A stretch of DNA of 64,000 nucleotides from an uncultured delta proteobacterium (GTDB lineage Bacteria; Desulfobacterota; Binatia; UBA9968): NCBI GenBank assembly GCA_963771465.1, contig CAVYTU010000015.1, positions 320,001 to 384,000 of the forward strand, in the 5' to 3' direction. A program made the position numbers and the translations under genes. Below are positions 11,639 through 21,508 of the stretch, piece by piece (within the stretch, counting starts at the first letter, position 1; each line of letters opens with the position of its first letter). The notes beneath the pieces were generated by a model. It was not told the DNA's origin and searched no databases. It was given only the letters and a program-made list of their open reading frames with translations.

Positions 11639-12175
11639 CTAGCGCAACGACAAAAACTTCGCCGGCACGTTCTCGACCAGGAACAACGGCCCGGACTCAT
11701 AGAAGCGAATCCCTTCGGCATGGGCGGCTTGTGCGGCAATAACGAGTATCGTCGGCGATGGATCATGCCGGCGCGCCACCGACTCGGCCTCGTCGGCGCT
11801 AAGGCTTAGATGAACGTATTGGCGATCACGCGGCTGCAATCCGTTATGCAGCATCGACTCGGCCAGATCGCGCGCCGCCCCGAAATAAAGTTCTGCCGGC
11901 GGCTCCGGCGCCGTAGCGCCAAGATCGATGGGAAAAGAATGACCGTAGGTGGCGCGCACTTTCTCGCCGCGAATCTCGAAGCGTTTTTTCTCCGCGCCGG
12001 CGATCAGCGAGCGAATCTGTTCTTCGCTAACGTCGTAAAAGCGCTCCTGCACCATGTCGACGACTTCCGGCCAACGCGCGAAGCCCTCGCGGTCGATCGC
12101 CAGGGGATAATCCTTGGGCCTGTGACGCAGGAGAAAAGTCAGAAAGCGCGACAGTCGTTCCGGCGCGAGTGCCAA
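11639..12175 (-). CDS. kptA: RNA 2'-phosphotransferase Tpt1/KptA family
   Basis: LSRFLTFLLRH, KKRF, VRATYGHS, RQYVHLS. TTG start at 12175 follows a GAGGG SD. Confidence 0.88.
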   Translation of the reverse strand: MALAPERLSRFLTFLLRHRPKDYPLAIDREGFARWPEVVDMVQERFYDVSEEQIRSLIAGAEKKRFEIRGEKVRATYGHSFPIDLGATAPEPPAELYFGAARDLAESMLHNGLQPRDRQYVHLSLSADEAESVARRHDPSPTILVIAAQAAHAEGIRFYESGPLFLVENVPAKFLSLR

Positions 12176-12185
12176 GCGACCCTCG

Positions 12186-13064
12186 CTATTTTTTCGCCCC
12201 GGTGATGATGTCGTAAACGTTGCAGGCGATACCGGTCGCTTCGTAGCCGTCCTGGCCGGTGGCCTGGGCGATGGAAAACATCTGATAGGCCAACGCGACG
12301 AACGGCATGGGCACCTCCATCTCACGCGCCATGTCGAGGCCGAAGCCGACGTCTTTGGGCATCCAGGATTTACGTGGTTTGTATTTTTTGCTGACAATGA
12401 TTTCCATGATCCGGTCGATGGCGACGGAATCCTGCTGCGAGTTCTTTAGGATGGTGCGAAAAGTATCTTCGTTGAGGCCGCCTTTTTTCAACCAAGCGCA
12501 AGTCTCCGCCAGCGTCAGATGCACCACCGCGGCGAACATCGCCATGGCGTTCTTCACCAGCTTGGCGTTACCAAGCTCGCCGACGTGGATAATCTTATTG
12601 CCCATCGCTTTGAACACCGCTTGGTGCTGATCGAAAATTTCCTTCGACCCCGACAACCAGAGCGACAACGTGCCGGCCGCCGCCGCTTCCTCGACGCCGC
12701 CGGCCGAACCGTCGAGAATAGTCCAGCCTTTCTTCGAAAGCTCGGCGTTGACGCCGACGATGGTTTTCTTGTCGATGCTGCTAAAATCGATCCAGAGCTT
12801 TGCGCCGCTCGCCGCTTCATGCAACCCACCTTTGCCGAGTCCGACCGCATGCACCGCCTGGTTGTAAGGCAGCATCGACAACACGATCTCGCACGACTCC
12901 GCGATCGCCTTGGGCGAATCTTTAAATAGCGCACCCTGGCTTTCCAAGCCTTGGCACTGCTCCCGGCGCAAATCGGTGACGACCAACTTGTTGCCCGCCT
13001 TGATCAAGTTCGCCGCCATGCCGCTGCCCATGCCGCCGGTGCCAATGAATCCCAATGTAGCCAT
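12186..13064 (-). CDS. NAD(P)-dependent oxidoreductase, 3-hydroxyisobutyrate/6PGDH family
   Basis: GFIGTGGMGSGMAANL Rossmann motif, AAAGTL, AKLVKN, KDVG. Start MATLG follows a GGAGG SD. Confidence 0.88.
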   Translation of the reverse strand: MATLGFIGTGGMGSGMAANLIKAGNKLVVTDLRREQCQGLESQGALFKDSPKAIAESCEIVLSMLPYNQAVHAVGLGKGGLHEAASGAKLWIDFSSIDKKTIVGVNAELSKKGWTILDGSAGGVEEAAAAGTLSLWLSGSKEIFDQHQAVFKAMGNKIIHVGELGNAKLVKNAMAMFAAVVHLTLAETCAWLKKGGLNEDTFRTILKNSQQDSVAIDRIMEIIVSKKYKPRKSWMPKDVGFGLDMAREMEVPMPFVALAYQMFSIAQATGQDGYEATGIACNVYDIITGAKK

Positions 13065-13097
13065 GTTGCCTCCCTGGAAACCCAAGTGAATTGATAA

Positions 13098-13478
13098 TCA
13101 GTCGACCATCCGCACCCCAGCGGGCCACACAACCAGCACAACGGTCTCGCCGATTGCCCGCGGCGTGTGCACGGATAGTGGATCGAGAAACACCACCTCG
13201 CCAGTTTCGTACTCGCCGGTCTCGTCAGCGATCTTGCCCTTAAGCACGAGGTAAAACTCGCCGCCTAAATGCTCGTGTTTGAGAAAGGCGTCGGGGGAAG
13301 CGCCGGCCGCGATGCGATAGAGCACCAACTCCCGCTTTCCCTGCCGGGCCAGCCGCGACATCTCCAAGCCGTTGCCAAAGTCGCGCCAGGTCAAGCGATC
13401 CAGCGCCGCTTCGTCGAGCTGAATCGAGAGGATATCGTTAAGCGAGCGGCGCAATACGCCAGTGCCAGTTTCTGCCAC
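13098..13478 (-). CDS. Cupin domain protein (ChrR/cupin_7-like)
   Basis: HEHLGGEFYLVLKG..D..GEY..G..V......VHTP. Confidence 0.8.
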   Translation of the reverse strand: MAETGTGVLRRSLNDILSIQLDEAALDRLTWRDFGNGLEMSRLARQGKRELVLYRIAAGASPDAFLKHEHLGGEFYLVLKGKIADETGEYETGEVVFLDPLSVHTPRAIGETVVLVVWPAGVRMVD

Positions 13479-13535
13479 GGCGTTTAGTTATCATGACTTG
13501 TGGGTGAACGAAAGACTGGCAGGCGTTATCGACAA

Positions 13536-13614
13536 CTATCCCGGATTCCGCAGTTGAAATTAGTTACATGCGCGTCGATCGCTACTTCAATTTCAACTGC
13601 GAAGTCCGGGATCG
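13536..13614. repeat. Inverted pair of ~30-bp repeat family (consensus ~CTAWCCCGGATTCCGCAGTTGAAATTGAAG), copies A and B
   Basis: A (+) 13536-13561 is ctatcccggattccgcagttgaaatt. B (-) 13584-13614 reads cgatcccggacttcgcagttgaaattgaagt. Confidence 0.8.
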
Positions 13615-15443
13615 AATTGCGACCGAAGCCATTCGAAAATCCGCTCGACGCACAGGTCCGGACTCTCCGCCATCGTACGCAAATGAATCTCCGCTGACTC
13701 CGGCGGCTCGTAAACGCTATCGATACCGGTGAAGTTTTTTAGTTCGCCGCGCCGGGCTTTGGCGTAGAGGCCTTTGACATCGCGCCTTTCGCACTCTTCC
13801 AACGGCGTGTCGATGAACACTTCGACAAACTCACCCGGGTCGAACAAGCCGCGCGCCAGCTGGCGTTCGGCGCGGTAGGGAGAAATAAACGCGACGATGA
13901 CGATCAGTCCCGCGTCCACCAGCAGTTTTGCCACTTCGCTGACGCGGCGAATGTTTTCAACCCGGTCGGCTTCGGTGAACCCCAAATCACGATTGAGACC
14001 GTGGCGCACATTGTCGCCGTCGAGAATGTAGGTATGCTTGCTGGCGGCATGCAGACGTTGCTCCAACAGGTTGGCGATGGTCGACTTGCCCGAGCCCGAC
14101 AAGCCGGTAAGCCACAGACAGCGCGGCCGCTGCTGTTTCAAAGCCGCGCGCGCCGGCTTGGCCACTTCCAGGGCTTGCCAATGCACATTGACGGCGCGTC
14201 GCAAAGCAAAATGGATCACCCCCGCGCCGACGGTCTCATGGGTCAGCTTGTCGATAATAATAAACGCGCCCAACCGGCGGTTGTCACGGTAGGGAGCAAA
14301 CGGCACCAGGCGGTCGAAGCTGATGTTGACCGTGGCGATTTCGTTTAAGTCCAGGGTTTTAGCGGCAAGGCGGGCACCGCTGTTCATGTCCAGGCGATGC
14401 TTGATGTGGCTAATGCTCACGTTGGCGGACTTGCTATGAACCTGCGCCGCGTAGGATCGCCCCGGCAACAAGGGATGCTCGCTCATCCACAGAATATCCG
14501 CTTCGAACTGATCCGCCGCTTCGACCGGTCGTTCAGCGGCGGCAATGACGTCGCCTCGGCTGGCGTCGACGTCGTCGTCCAGAACCAAGGTCACCGACTC
14601 GCCGGAGCTGGCCACCGACTTGGTGCCGCCCCAAACGGAGATTTCTTTCACCCGGCTGGCTACCCCTGACGGACTGATGCACACACGACTCCCAGGCTCA
14701 ATCGTACCGCTGCCGATGCGCCCGGAGAAACCGCGAAAATCCAAGTTGGGCCGATTCACCCGCTGCACCGGCATGGTAAACGGCTGGTTATCGGCGGGCT
14801 CCGCGCTGGGAACCGTTTCAAGCCAGTCGAGCAGGCTTTGATTCCGGTACCATGGCATCGCCGCCGCAGCTGAGTCGACAATGTTATGTCCTTCAAGCGC
14901 GGACAGCGGAATCGCCGTGATGTTGGAAAAATTCAACTCGTGAGCGAATTGCCGGTAAGCCGTATCGATTTCATCGAACACGGCTTGCGACCAGCCAACC
15001 AGGTCCATCTTGTTAACCGCCAGCGCGATATGCCGGATACCGAACATCGCGACGATCCGGCTATGGCGTCTGGTTTGAGTCAGTACGCCCTTGCGGGCAT
15101 CGATCAGCAGCACCGCCGCCTGCGCCGTCGACGCGCCGGTGGCCATGTTGCGAGTGTATTGTTCGTGGCCGGGAGTATCGGCGACGATAAAGCGCCGCTT
15201 GGGCGTGGTAAAATAACGGTAGGCAACGTCGATGGTGATGCCCTGCTCCCGTTCGGCCTGCAAGCCATCAACGAGCAGCGCAAAATCGAGACGCTCGCCT
15301 TGTGTGCCAAATTTTTTCGAGTCGGCTTTGAGAGCTTCCAGTTGGTCATCGTAGATCAGCTTAGTTTCGTAAAGCAGCCTGCCGATCAGGGTCGATTTGC
15401 CGTCGTCGACGCTGCCGCAGGTAATGAACCGCAGGCTATCCAT
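13593..15443 (-). CDS. cysNC: Bifunctional sulfate adenylyltransferase subunit 1 / APS kinase (CysNC/NodQ-type)
   Basis: [29 protein letters not shown] GTPase domain; C-terminal [23 protein letters not shown] kinase. Confidence 0.95.
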   Translation of the reverse strand: MDSLRFITCGSVDDGKSTLIGRLLYETKLIYDDQLEALKADSKKFGTQGERLDFALLVDGLQAEREQGITIDVAYRYFTTPKRRFIVADTPGHEQYTRNMATGASTAQAAVLLIDARKGVLTQTRRHSRIVAMFGIRHIALAVNKMDLVGWSQAVFDEIDTAYRQFAHELNFSNITAIPLSALEGHNIVDSAAAAMPWYRNQSLLDWLETVPSAEPADNQPFTMPVQRVNRPNLDFRGFSGRIGSGTIEPGSRVCISPSGVASRVKEISVWGGTKSVASSGESVTLVLDDDVDASRGDVIAAAERPVEAADQFEADILWMSEHPLLPGRSYAAQVHSKSANVSISHIKHRLDMNSGARLAAKTLDLNEIATVNISFDRLVPFAPYRDNRRLGAFIIIDKLTHETVGAGVIHFALRRAVNVHWQALEVAKPARAALKQQRPRCLWLTGLSGSGKSTIANLLEQRLHAASKHTYILDGDNVRHGLNRDLGFTEADRVENIRRVSEVAKLLVDAGLIVIVAFISPYRAERQLARGLFDPGEFVEVFIDTPLEECERRDVKGLYAKARRGELKNFTGIDSVYEPPESAEIHLRTMAESPDLCVERIFEWLRSQFDPGLRS

Positions 15444-16345
15444 CAGAAATACCCTTCCTGCTTTTTGCGCTCCATGGAGCCGGCGCCGTCGTGATCGATA
15501 ATGCGCCCTTGGCGCTCCGAGGTCGTCGCGCCGAGAGTCTCGGCGACGATTTCTTCAAGTGTGGCCGCCGTGCTTTCAACAGCCGCCGTCAGTGGATAGC
15601 AGCCCAGGGTGCGAAAACGCACCAAGCGCAGTTGCGGTGCCTCGCCCGGCTCCAGCGGCAGCCGATCGTCGTCAACCATGATCCATTGGCCATGGCGTTG
15701 CACCACCGGGCGCGGCGCGGCGAAATAAAGCGGCACGATAGAAATTTGCTCCTGCCGGATATAGCCCCAAATGTCCGCCTCGGTCCAGTTTGAAAGCGGA
15801 AACACCCGGATGGATTCGCCACGGTTGATCCGCGTATTGTAGAGGTTCCAAAGTTCTGGACGCTGCGCTTTGGGCTCCCAACGATGGCCGGCTGAGCGGA
15901 AAGAAAAAATTCTTTCCTTGGCGCGCGATTTCTCCTCGTCGCGCCGGGCGCCACCGAAGGCGACGTCGAAACCGTGCAGATCGAGCGCCTGCTTGAGCGC
16001 TTCGGTTTTCATCACGTCGGTGTGATACGCGGAGCCATGAGTGAGCGGACCGATCCCCTCGGCCGCACCGCGCGGGTTGGTGTAGCGAATCAATTGACAG
16101 CCAACTTCTTGAGCAACCCGGTCGCGGAAGGCGATCATCTCGCGAAATTTCCAGCCGGTGTCGATGTGCAGCAACGGGAACGGAATCGGCCCAGGGTGGA
16201 AGGCCTTCTGCGCCAGGCGCAGCATTACCGACGAGTCTTTGCCCATGGAGTAGAGCATCACGGGTTTGGCAGCCGTCGCCGCCACCTCGCGGATGATTTC
16301 AATGGACTCTGATTCCAACTCTGCAAAAGCGTCGATAGGCATCAC
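15443..16345 (-). CDS. cysD: Sulfate adenylyltransferase subunit 2
   Basis: [45 protein letters not shown]. Confidence 0.96.
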   Translation of the reverse strand: MMPIDAFAELESESIEIIREVAATAAKPVMLYSMGKDSSVMLRLAQKAFHPGPIPFPLLHIDTGWKFREMIAFRDRVAQEVGCQLIRYTNPRGAAEGIGPLTHGSAYHTDVMKTEALKQALDLHGFDVAFGGARRDEEKSRAKERIFSFRSAGHRWEPKAQRPELWNLYNTRINRGESIRVFPLSNWTEADIWGYIRQEQISIVPLYFAAPRPVVQRHGQWIMVDDDRLPLEPGEAPQLRLVRFRTLGCYPLTAAVESTAATLEEIVAETLGATTSERQGRIIDHDGAGSMERKKQEGYF

Positions 16346-16458
16346 GATATCCTCATTTTATCAGCTGGCTTTACCGCCGCTTTTTTATTCGCGGATCGTT
16401 ACCCATTGAGAGGCACAGATCCATCATCTCCACGACGGCAGCATTGCGCCACGGCAGG

Positions 16459-16490
16459 AACTTCAATTTCAACTGCACGATCTAGGTTAC
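16459..16490 (-). repeat. Copy C of the ~30-bp repeat family
   Basis: Reverse complement gtaacctagatcgtgcagttgaaattgaagtt shares gcagttgaaattgaagt exactly with copy B. Confidence 0.7.
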
Positions 16491-16602
16491 CGCTCTCGGC
16501 GGACGGATCGCAATGTCGAAGAAGCGCCGCTTGCATGATTTAACGAATATTTGACCGATGATAACATAAGCGCGCAAGCGCCGAATGCCAAACCAAACGC
16601 AC

Positions 16603-16640
16603 AACAGCCCGCCGAATCCTAAGATTAACGGCGGGCTGTT
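16603..16640 (-). terminator. Hairpin terminator ending the ribosomal superoperon after rplQ
   Basis: Perfect 12-bp stem aacagcccgccg / cggcgggctgtt, followed on the minus strand by a T-rich tail. Confidence 0.65.
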
Positions 16641-16668
16641 ATAAACCACGATGTTTTCGGCGTAAATA

Positions 16669-17112
16669 CTAAGCGGCCGCCTCCTGTTGTTGGCGCTCGC
16701 GGCGGCGTGCGCGGCGGCCTTTTTTCTCACCGCCTGTTGCGGCTGCGCCGGCGCTTTCACTGCCAACTAATTCGATCAGCGCCATCTGGGCTGAGTCACC
16801 ATGACGAACGCCGAGTTTGATGATCCGCGTGTAGCCGCCGGGGCGGTCTTTGAAGCGCGGGCCGATGCTGTCGAACAGTTTCTTAACCACGGTTTTGTCG
16901 TAAACGATGCTCAGGACTTGCCGGCGCGCGTGCAAGTCGCCGCGCTTGCCCAGCGTGATCACGCGCTCAACCCAGCGGCGCAGTTCCTTGGCCTTGGGGT
17001 CGGTGGTTTGGATTTTTTCCTCGCGCAACAGCGCGGTGATAAGATTACGCATTAACGCCCAGCGATGGCTGGAATTGCGGCTTAGTTGTCTCCCTGATTT
17101 AAGATGACGCAT
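16669..17112 (-). CDS. rplQ: 50S ribosomal protein L17
   Basis: [29 protein letters not shown]. Confidence 0.98.
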   Translation of the reverse strand: MRHLKSGRQLSRNSSHRWALMRNLITALLREEKIQTTDPKAKELRRWVERVITLGKRGDLHARRQVLSIVYDKTVVKKLFDSIGPRFKDRPGGYTRIIKLGVRHGDSAQMALIELVGSESAGAAATGGEKKGRRARRRERQQQEAAA

Positions 17113-17115
17113 GGC

Positions 17116-18144
17116 CTAGACCTGTTCTTTCTCAGCGGCACGCTTGCGCGCGTCGATCTCTTCACGCGGCGGGAAGCGATCGACTTTCATGCCCAGCTCA
17201 AGCCCCATTTCTCTGAGAATTTCTTTGATTTCGTTGAGTGACTTATGGCCGAAATTTTTCGTCCGGAGCATTTCCTGTTCGCTTTTCTGCACCAGCTCGC
17301 CAATGTATTTAATATCGGCGTTTTGCAAGCAATTTTGCGAGCGCACCGAGAACTCGAGTTCGTCGACGCTGCGGAACAAGTTATCGTTGAGCGGGATCGA
17401 CGGCCCGTCGTCGCGCTTTTCCGGCCGCGGCTCTTCCTGGAAGTTAACGTAGATGCTCACCTGATCTTGCAATATCTTGGCGGCGTAAGCCATGGCGTCG
17501 TCCGGCTTCACGCTGCCGTCGGTGTGCACTTCGAACGTCAGTCGTTCGTAGTCGGTACGCTGCCCGACGCGCGCGTTAGTCACCGTGAAATTGACCTTCT
17601 GAATCGGCGAAAACACCGCGTCGATAAAGATCGTATCGACCGGCGCGCCTTCTTCTTTGTTGCGCTCCGCCGGCACGTAACCCCGGCCGAGCTTGACCAA
17701 CATTTCCATTTCCAACTTGGCGTCGCGCGACAACGTCGCGATCTTGTGCTCCGGGTTCAGAATATCGATGGCTGCCGGCGCGATGATATCCTTGGCGTAA
17801 ATAACTCCCGGCCCTTTGGCCTCGATCTTGAGCGTCTGCTGTTCGGTCTCGTTCAAGCGCAAACGCACTTCTTTCAGATTGAGAATGACGTCGGCGACAT
17901 CCTCGGTCACGCCCGGCACGGTGGAAAACTCGTGCAGGATATTTTTAATCCTGACCGCAACGATCGACGCTCCCATCAGCGACGACAGCAGGATGCGGCG
18001 CATCGAGTTGCCGACGGTTTGGCCAAAACCCCGTTCATAGGGCTCCGCGAAAAACCGGCCGTACGTCGAGGTTAGAGTTTTCTCTTCGACCTCCAATTGT
18101 TTAGGCTTTAGCAAATCGGTCCAATGCTTGTACACTGTCGACAT
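17116..18144 (-). CDS. rpoA: RNA polymerase subunit alpha
   Basis: [48 protein letters not shown] follows a GGGAGAG SD. Confidence 0.98.
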   Translation of the reverse strand: MSTVYKHWTDLLKPKQLEVEEKTLTSTYGRFFAEPYERGFGQTVGNSMRRILLSSLMGASIVAVRIKNILHEFSTVPGVTEDVADVILNLKEVRLRLNETEQQTLKIEAKGPGVIYAKDIIAPAAIDILNPEHKIATLSRDAKLEMEMLVKLGRGYVPAERNKEEGAPVDTIFIDAVFSPIQKVNFTVTNARVGQRTDYERLTFEVHTDGSVKPDDAMAYAAKILQDQVSIYVNFQEEPRPEKRDDGPSIPLNDNLFRSVDELEFSVRSQNCLQNADIKYIGELVQKSEQEMLRTKNFGHKSLNEIKEILREMGLELGMKVDRFPPREEIDARKRAAEKEQV

Positions 18145-18166
18145 AGTCTCTCCCAAAATTCGAATC

Positions 18167-18793
18167 TTACTTCGAATACAATTCGACGATCAGTTTTTCG
18201 TTGATCGGCATGGTGATGTCGTTGCGCGACGGCAAGATCTTGATGCGCCCGCTGCACGCATCGCGGTCCACGTCGGCCCAATCCGGCACGCCGCGCCGCT
18301 GCGCGCCGTCCATGGAGGTCAACACGCGGCCGATCTGCCGGCTCGACTCTTTGACGGACACGACATCGCCGACTTTTACCGTGAACGACGGGATGTTGAC
18401 TCTCCGGCCATTCACCAAAATATGGCCGTGACGCACCAGCAAGCGCGCTTCGGCGCGCGAGCTGGCAAAGCCCAGGCGGTAGGTAACGTTATCGAGACGC
18501 CGTTCAAGCAATATCAACAAAGTCTCGCCGGTGATGCCTTTCGTGCGCGCCGCCTCGGTGAAGGTCCGGCGAAACTGATTTTCCATAAGCCCGTACATGC
18601 GCTTGACCTTCTGTTTCTCGCGCAACTGCAAGCTGTACTCCGAGAACTTCGGCCGGCCTTGGCCGTGCTGCCCGGGCGGATAGTTGCGCCGTTCGATGGC
18701 GCACTTGTCGGTATAGCAACGCTCGCCTTTGAGAAAGAGCTTCATATTTTCGCGCCTGCAAAGCCGGCACACAGAATCCGTGTTTCTAGCCAA
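18167..18793 (-). CDS. rpsD: 30S ribosomal protein S4 (zinc-ribbon type)
   Basis: [34 protein letters not shown]. Confidence 0.98.
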   Translation of the reverse strand: MARNTDSVCRLCRRENMKLFLKGERCYTDKCAIERRNYPPGQHGQGRPKFSEYSLQLREKQKVKRMYGLMENQFRRTFTEAARTKGITGETLLILLERRLDNVTYRLGFASSRAEARLLVRHGHILVNGRRVNIPSFTVKVGDVVSVKESSRQIGRVLTSMDGAQRRGVPDWADVDRDACSGRIKILPSRNDITMPINEKLIVELYSK

Positions 18794-18814
18794 ACCTAAT
18801 TCCTCCTATATCGA

Positions 18815-19243
18815 TCAAACGCGTCGGCGTTTGGGCGGACGGCAGCCGTTGTGCGGAATCGGTGTCACGTCCTTGATTAAACTGATGTTGATGCCGGCCG
18901 ACTGCAACGCGCGCAGGGCTGATTCGCGACCGGCACCCGGACCGCGAACGAAAATTTGCACACTGCGCAAGCCATGATCCATGGCTTTTTTAGCCGCGCT
19001 ATCGGCCGCCTGCTGCGCCGCAAACGGTGTTCCCTTGCGCGAACCTTTAAATCCCATCGCCCCTGCGCTCGACCAAGAGATCACGTTGCCCTGGTAATCG
19101 GTGATGGTGACAATGGTGTTATTGAATGTCGAGTGAATATGTACCACACCTTCGGCGATATTTTTCCGTCCGCGCTTTTTGCGCGCGGCGCGGTCTGCGG
19201 CTTTTTGCTCTGCTTGCTGTTTATCGTCAGTGGCGTCTGCCAT
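18815..19243 (-). CDS. rpsK: 30S ribosomal protein S11
   Basis: [37 protein letters not shown]. Confidence 0.98.
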   Translation of the reverse strand: MADATDDKQQAEQKAADRAARKKRGRKNIAEGVVHIHSTFNNTIVTITDYQGNVISWSSAGAMGFKGSRKGTPFAAQQAADSAAKKAMDHGLRSVQIFVRGPGAGRESALRALQSAGINISLIKDVTPIPHNGCRPPKRRRV

Positions 19244-19269
19244 GGGAATCTCCTAATTGCTTCGAATAC

Positions 19270-19650
19270 CTATTTAGTCGGCGCCGTTTTCTTGCCCGCC
19301 ACGGTCTTGCGCGGTCCTTTGCGGGTGCGCGCATTGGTGTGAGTACGCTGGCCGCGCACCGGTAAATTTCTCCGGTGGCGTAGGCCGCGATACGAACCCA
19401 TGTCCAGGTGGCGCTTGATATTACCGGTCACCTCGCGGCGCAGGTCGCCTTCGACCTTGACGCCCTGATCGAGAATTTGGCGGATTTTAGCGACGTCGTC
19501 GTCGCTCAAGTTGTCGCTTTTCAAATCCGGCGAGATACCCGCCTGCTTGAGAATATCCCGCGACGAGTTGCGTCCAATCCCGTAAATGTAAGTCAGCGCG
19601 ACTTCCATGCGCTTGGCTCTCGGCAAATCTACCCCTGCGATACGTGCCAT
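19270..19650 (-). CDS. rpsM: 30S ribosomal protein S13
   Basis: [27 protein letters not shown]. Confidence 0.98.
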   Translation of the reverse strand: MARIAGVDLPRAKRMEVALTYIYGIGRNSSRDILKQAGISPDLKSDNLSDDDVAKIRQILDQGVKVEGDLRREVTGNIKRHLDMGSYRGLRHRRNLPVRGQRTHTNARTRKGPRKTVAGKKTAPTK

Positions 19651-19705
19651 GTTCTCACTCCGTGTGAAATTTTAAATTTCAGATTACTGATGATTTACAA
19701 AAAAA

Positions 19706-19819
19706 TTAGCCTTGGCGCTGTTTGTGTTTGGTGTTTTCGCACAGCACCCGGACCACGCCTTTGCGCCGAATCACTTTGCACTTGTTACAAATTTTCTTAA
19801 CCGATGCTCTAACCTTCAC
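19706..19819 (-). CDS. rpmJ: 50S ribosomal protein L36 (C+)
   Basis: Manual translation from GTG: [37 protein letters not shown]. Confidence 0.97.
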   Translation of the reverse strand: MKVRASVKKICNKCKVIRRKGVVRVLCENTKHKQRQG

Positions 19820-19833
19820 GTCGGCTCCTCTTC

Positions 19834-20052
19834 TTAGCGTTCACGGAAGATGATACGCCCGCGCGCCAGATCGTAGGGCGACAGTTCTATTTTCACCTTA
19901 TCGCCCGGCAGTATCTTGATGTAATGCATGCGCATCTTGCCCGATATATGTGCCAGCACTTTGTGCCCATTTTCCAACTGCACTCGGAACATCGCATTGG
20001 GCAGCGTTTCTAGCACCGTCCCCATAACTTCAATGGCGTCTTCTTTTGGCAT
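19834..20052 (-). CDS. infA: Translation initiation factor IF-1
   Basis: [33 protein letters not shown]. Confidence 0.98.
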   Translation of the reverse strand: MPKEDAIEVMGTVLETLPNAMFRVQLENGHKVLAHISGKMRMHYIKILPGDKVKIELSPYDLARGRIIFRER

Positions 20053-20084
20053 AGGCAGCCTGGTGAATGCAGCTCTCCTCGTGA

Positions 20085-20843
20085 CTAAAGTTGACTCAAA
20101 ATATAGGGCCCGTCTTTGGTAATGGCTACCGAGTGTTCGAAATGGGCGGCCAAGCTACCATCTTTGGTTACCGCCGTCCAGCCATCGTCTTTAATCTCGA
20201 CCTCAAAACCCCCGACGTTAACCATCGGCTCGATTGCCAGCACCATGCCTTCTTTCAAACGCAGGCCGCGGTCAGGCTCGCCATAATTCGGCACCGGCGG
20301 TTCTTCATGGAGCTTCTTGCCGATACCATGGCCGACAAATGCCCGGACCACGGAATAGCCGGCGCCTTCAGCAATTTTCTGCACCACCGAACCGAGATCG
20401 CCCAGCCGTTTGCCATCATGGAGCTGCTCGATGCCCTTATAAAGCGATTGTTCGGTAACTTCCATCAAGCGCTGCGCCTCCGCGCTCACCTTACCGACTC
20501 CGACCGTGATCGCTGAATCGCCATAGAAACCCTCGAAGATCACGCCGTAATCGAGTCCGATAATATCGCCTTCGCGCAGAACCCTGTTCGACGGGATGCC
20601 GTGAACGATCTCGTCGTTGACCGAAGCACAAAGGCAATGACGATAAACCCGGCCGGCCACGTTATAACCCTTAAAGGCCGGAATCGCCTTACGCCTGAGC
20701 GTCTCTTCTTCGGCGACCGTATCCAAGTCTAGAGTCGTCACTCCAGGCGCGACGCGCTTCTTGAGTTCTTGCAGCACCTCCGCAACGATCACATTCGCGC
20801 GTCTCATGATCTCGATCTCTCGTGCCGACTTGAGCGCGATCAC
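20085..20843 (-). CDS. map: Methionine aminopeptidase type I
   Basis: [34 protein letters not shown]. Confidence 0.97.
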   Translation of the reverse strand: MIALKSAREIEIMRRANVIVAEVLQELKKRVAPGVTTLDLDTVAEEETLRRKAIPAFKGYNVAGRVYRHCLCASVNDEIVHGIPSNRVLREGDIIGLDYGVIFEGFYGDSAITVGVGKVSAEAQRLMEVTEQSLYKGIEQLHDGKRLGDLGSVVQKIAEGAGYSVVRAFVGHGIGKKLHEEPPVPNYGEPDRGLRLKEGMVLAIEPMVNVGGFEVEIKDDGWTAVTKDGSLAAHFEHSVAITKDGPYILSQL

Positions 20844-21505
20844 TGCACGAGGTCTCCTAAGGCTGCAATCACCCGAGCGCGAATCTGAGCAATCTCGCCG
20901 ACTCCATCGACCGTCCGGAGCAAACCGCGCTGGCTGTAATAATTGACCAGCGGCGCGGTCTGATTTTCGTACACCTGCAAACGATGGGTGATCGTCTGCT
21001 CCCGATCATCGTCGCGCTGATAAAGCTCCCCGCCGCAACGGTCGCACACGCCGGCCTGCTTCGGCGGGTTAAACACGACATGGCAAAGCGCGCCACACTT
21101 TTTGCAGGTCCGCCGCCCGGCCAATCTTTCGACGATGATATTTTGCGGCACCTGAACCAACAATACACAGTTCAGGTTAAACCCCATCGTTTTGAGAATC
21201 TCGTCCAGGCTCTCAGCCTGCGGGATCGTGCGCGGGAAGCCGTCGAGGAGAAAACCGCTCTGGCAATCTTTCTCCCGCAAGCGTTCGGCGACTAAGTTCA
21301 CGATCAAACCGTCCGGCACGAGAGCGCCGCGATTGATAAATTCCCCGGCCTGCTTGCCAAGCGACGTTTGCTCCGCCACCGCTTTGCGGAGAATGTCCCC
21401 GGTGGAAATTTGCACCGCGCCGAACTCTTCTTGCAGCAATTTTGCTTGAGTTCCCTTTCCCGCCCCTGGCGGACCCAGCAAGACTACCCGTGCAGCGCCG
21501 GCCAA
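20840..21505 (-). CDS. adk: Adenylate kinase (zinc lid)
   Basis: GPPGAGKGTQ, STGDILR, LDGFPRT, CKKC..CDRC lid. Confidence 0.97.
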   Translation of the reverse strand: MAGAARVVLLGPPGAGKGTQAKLLQEEFGAVQISTGDILRKAVAEQTSLGKQAGEFINRGALVPDGLIVNLVAERLREKDCQSGFLLDGFPRTIPQAESLDEILKTMGFNLNCVLLVQVPQNIIVERLAGRRTCKKCGALCHVVFNPPKQAGVCDRCGGELYQRDDDREQTITHRLQVYENQTAPLVNYYSQRGLLRTVDGVGEIAQIRARVIAALGDLVQ

Positions 21506-21508
21506 GAC

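Noticed and set aside
12176-12397. 74-aa N-terminal extension on Tpt1 in the ORF track
   Set aside because: Overlaps the upstream dehydrogenase out of frame; a TTG with SD at 12175 gives a normal-length protein
16346-16600. SAM riboswitch upstream of cysD
   Set aside because: No SAM-I core motifs recognisable; the region contains repeat copy C instead
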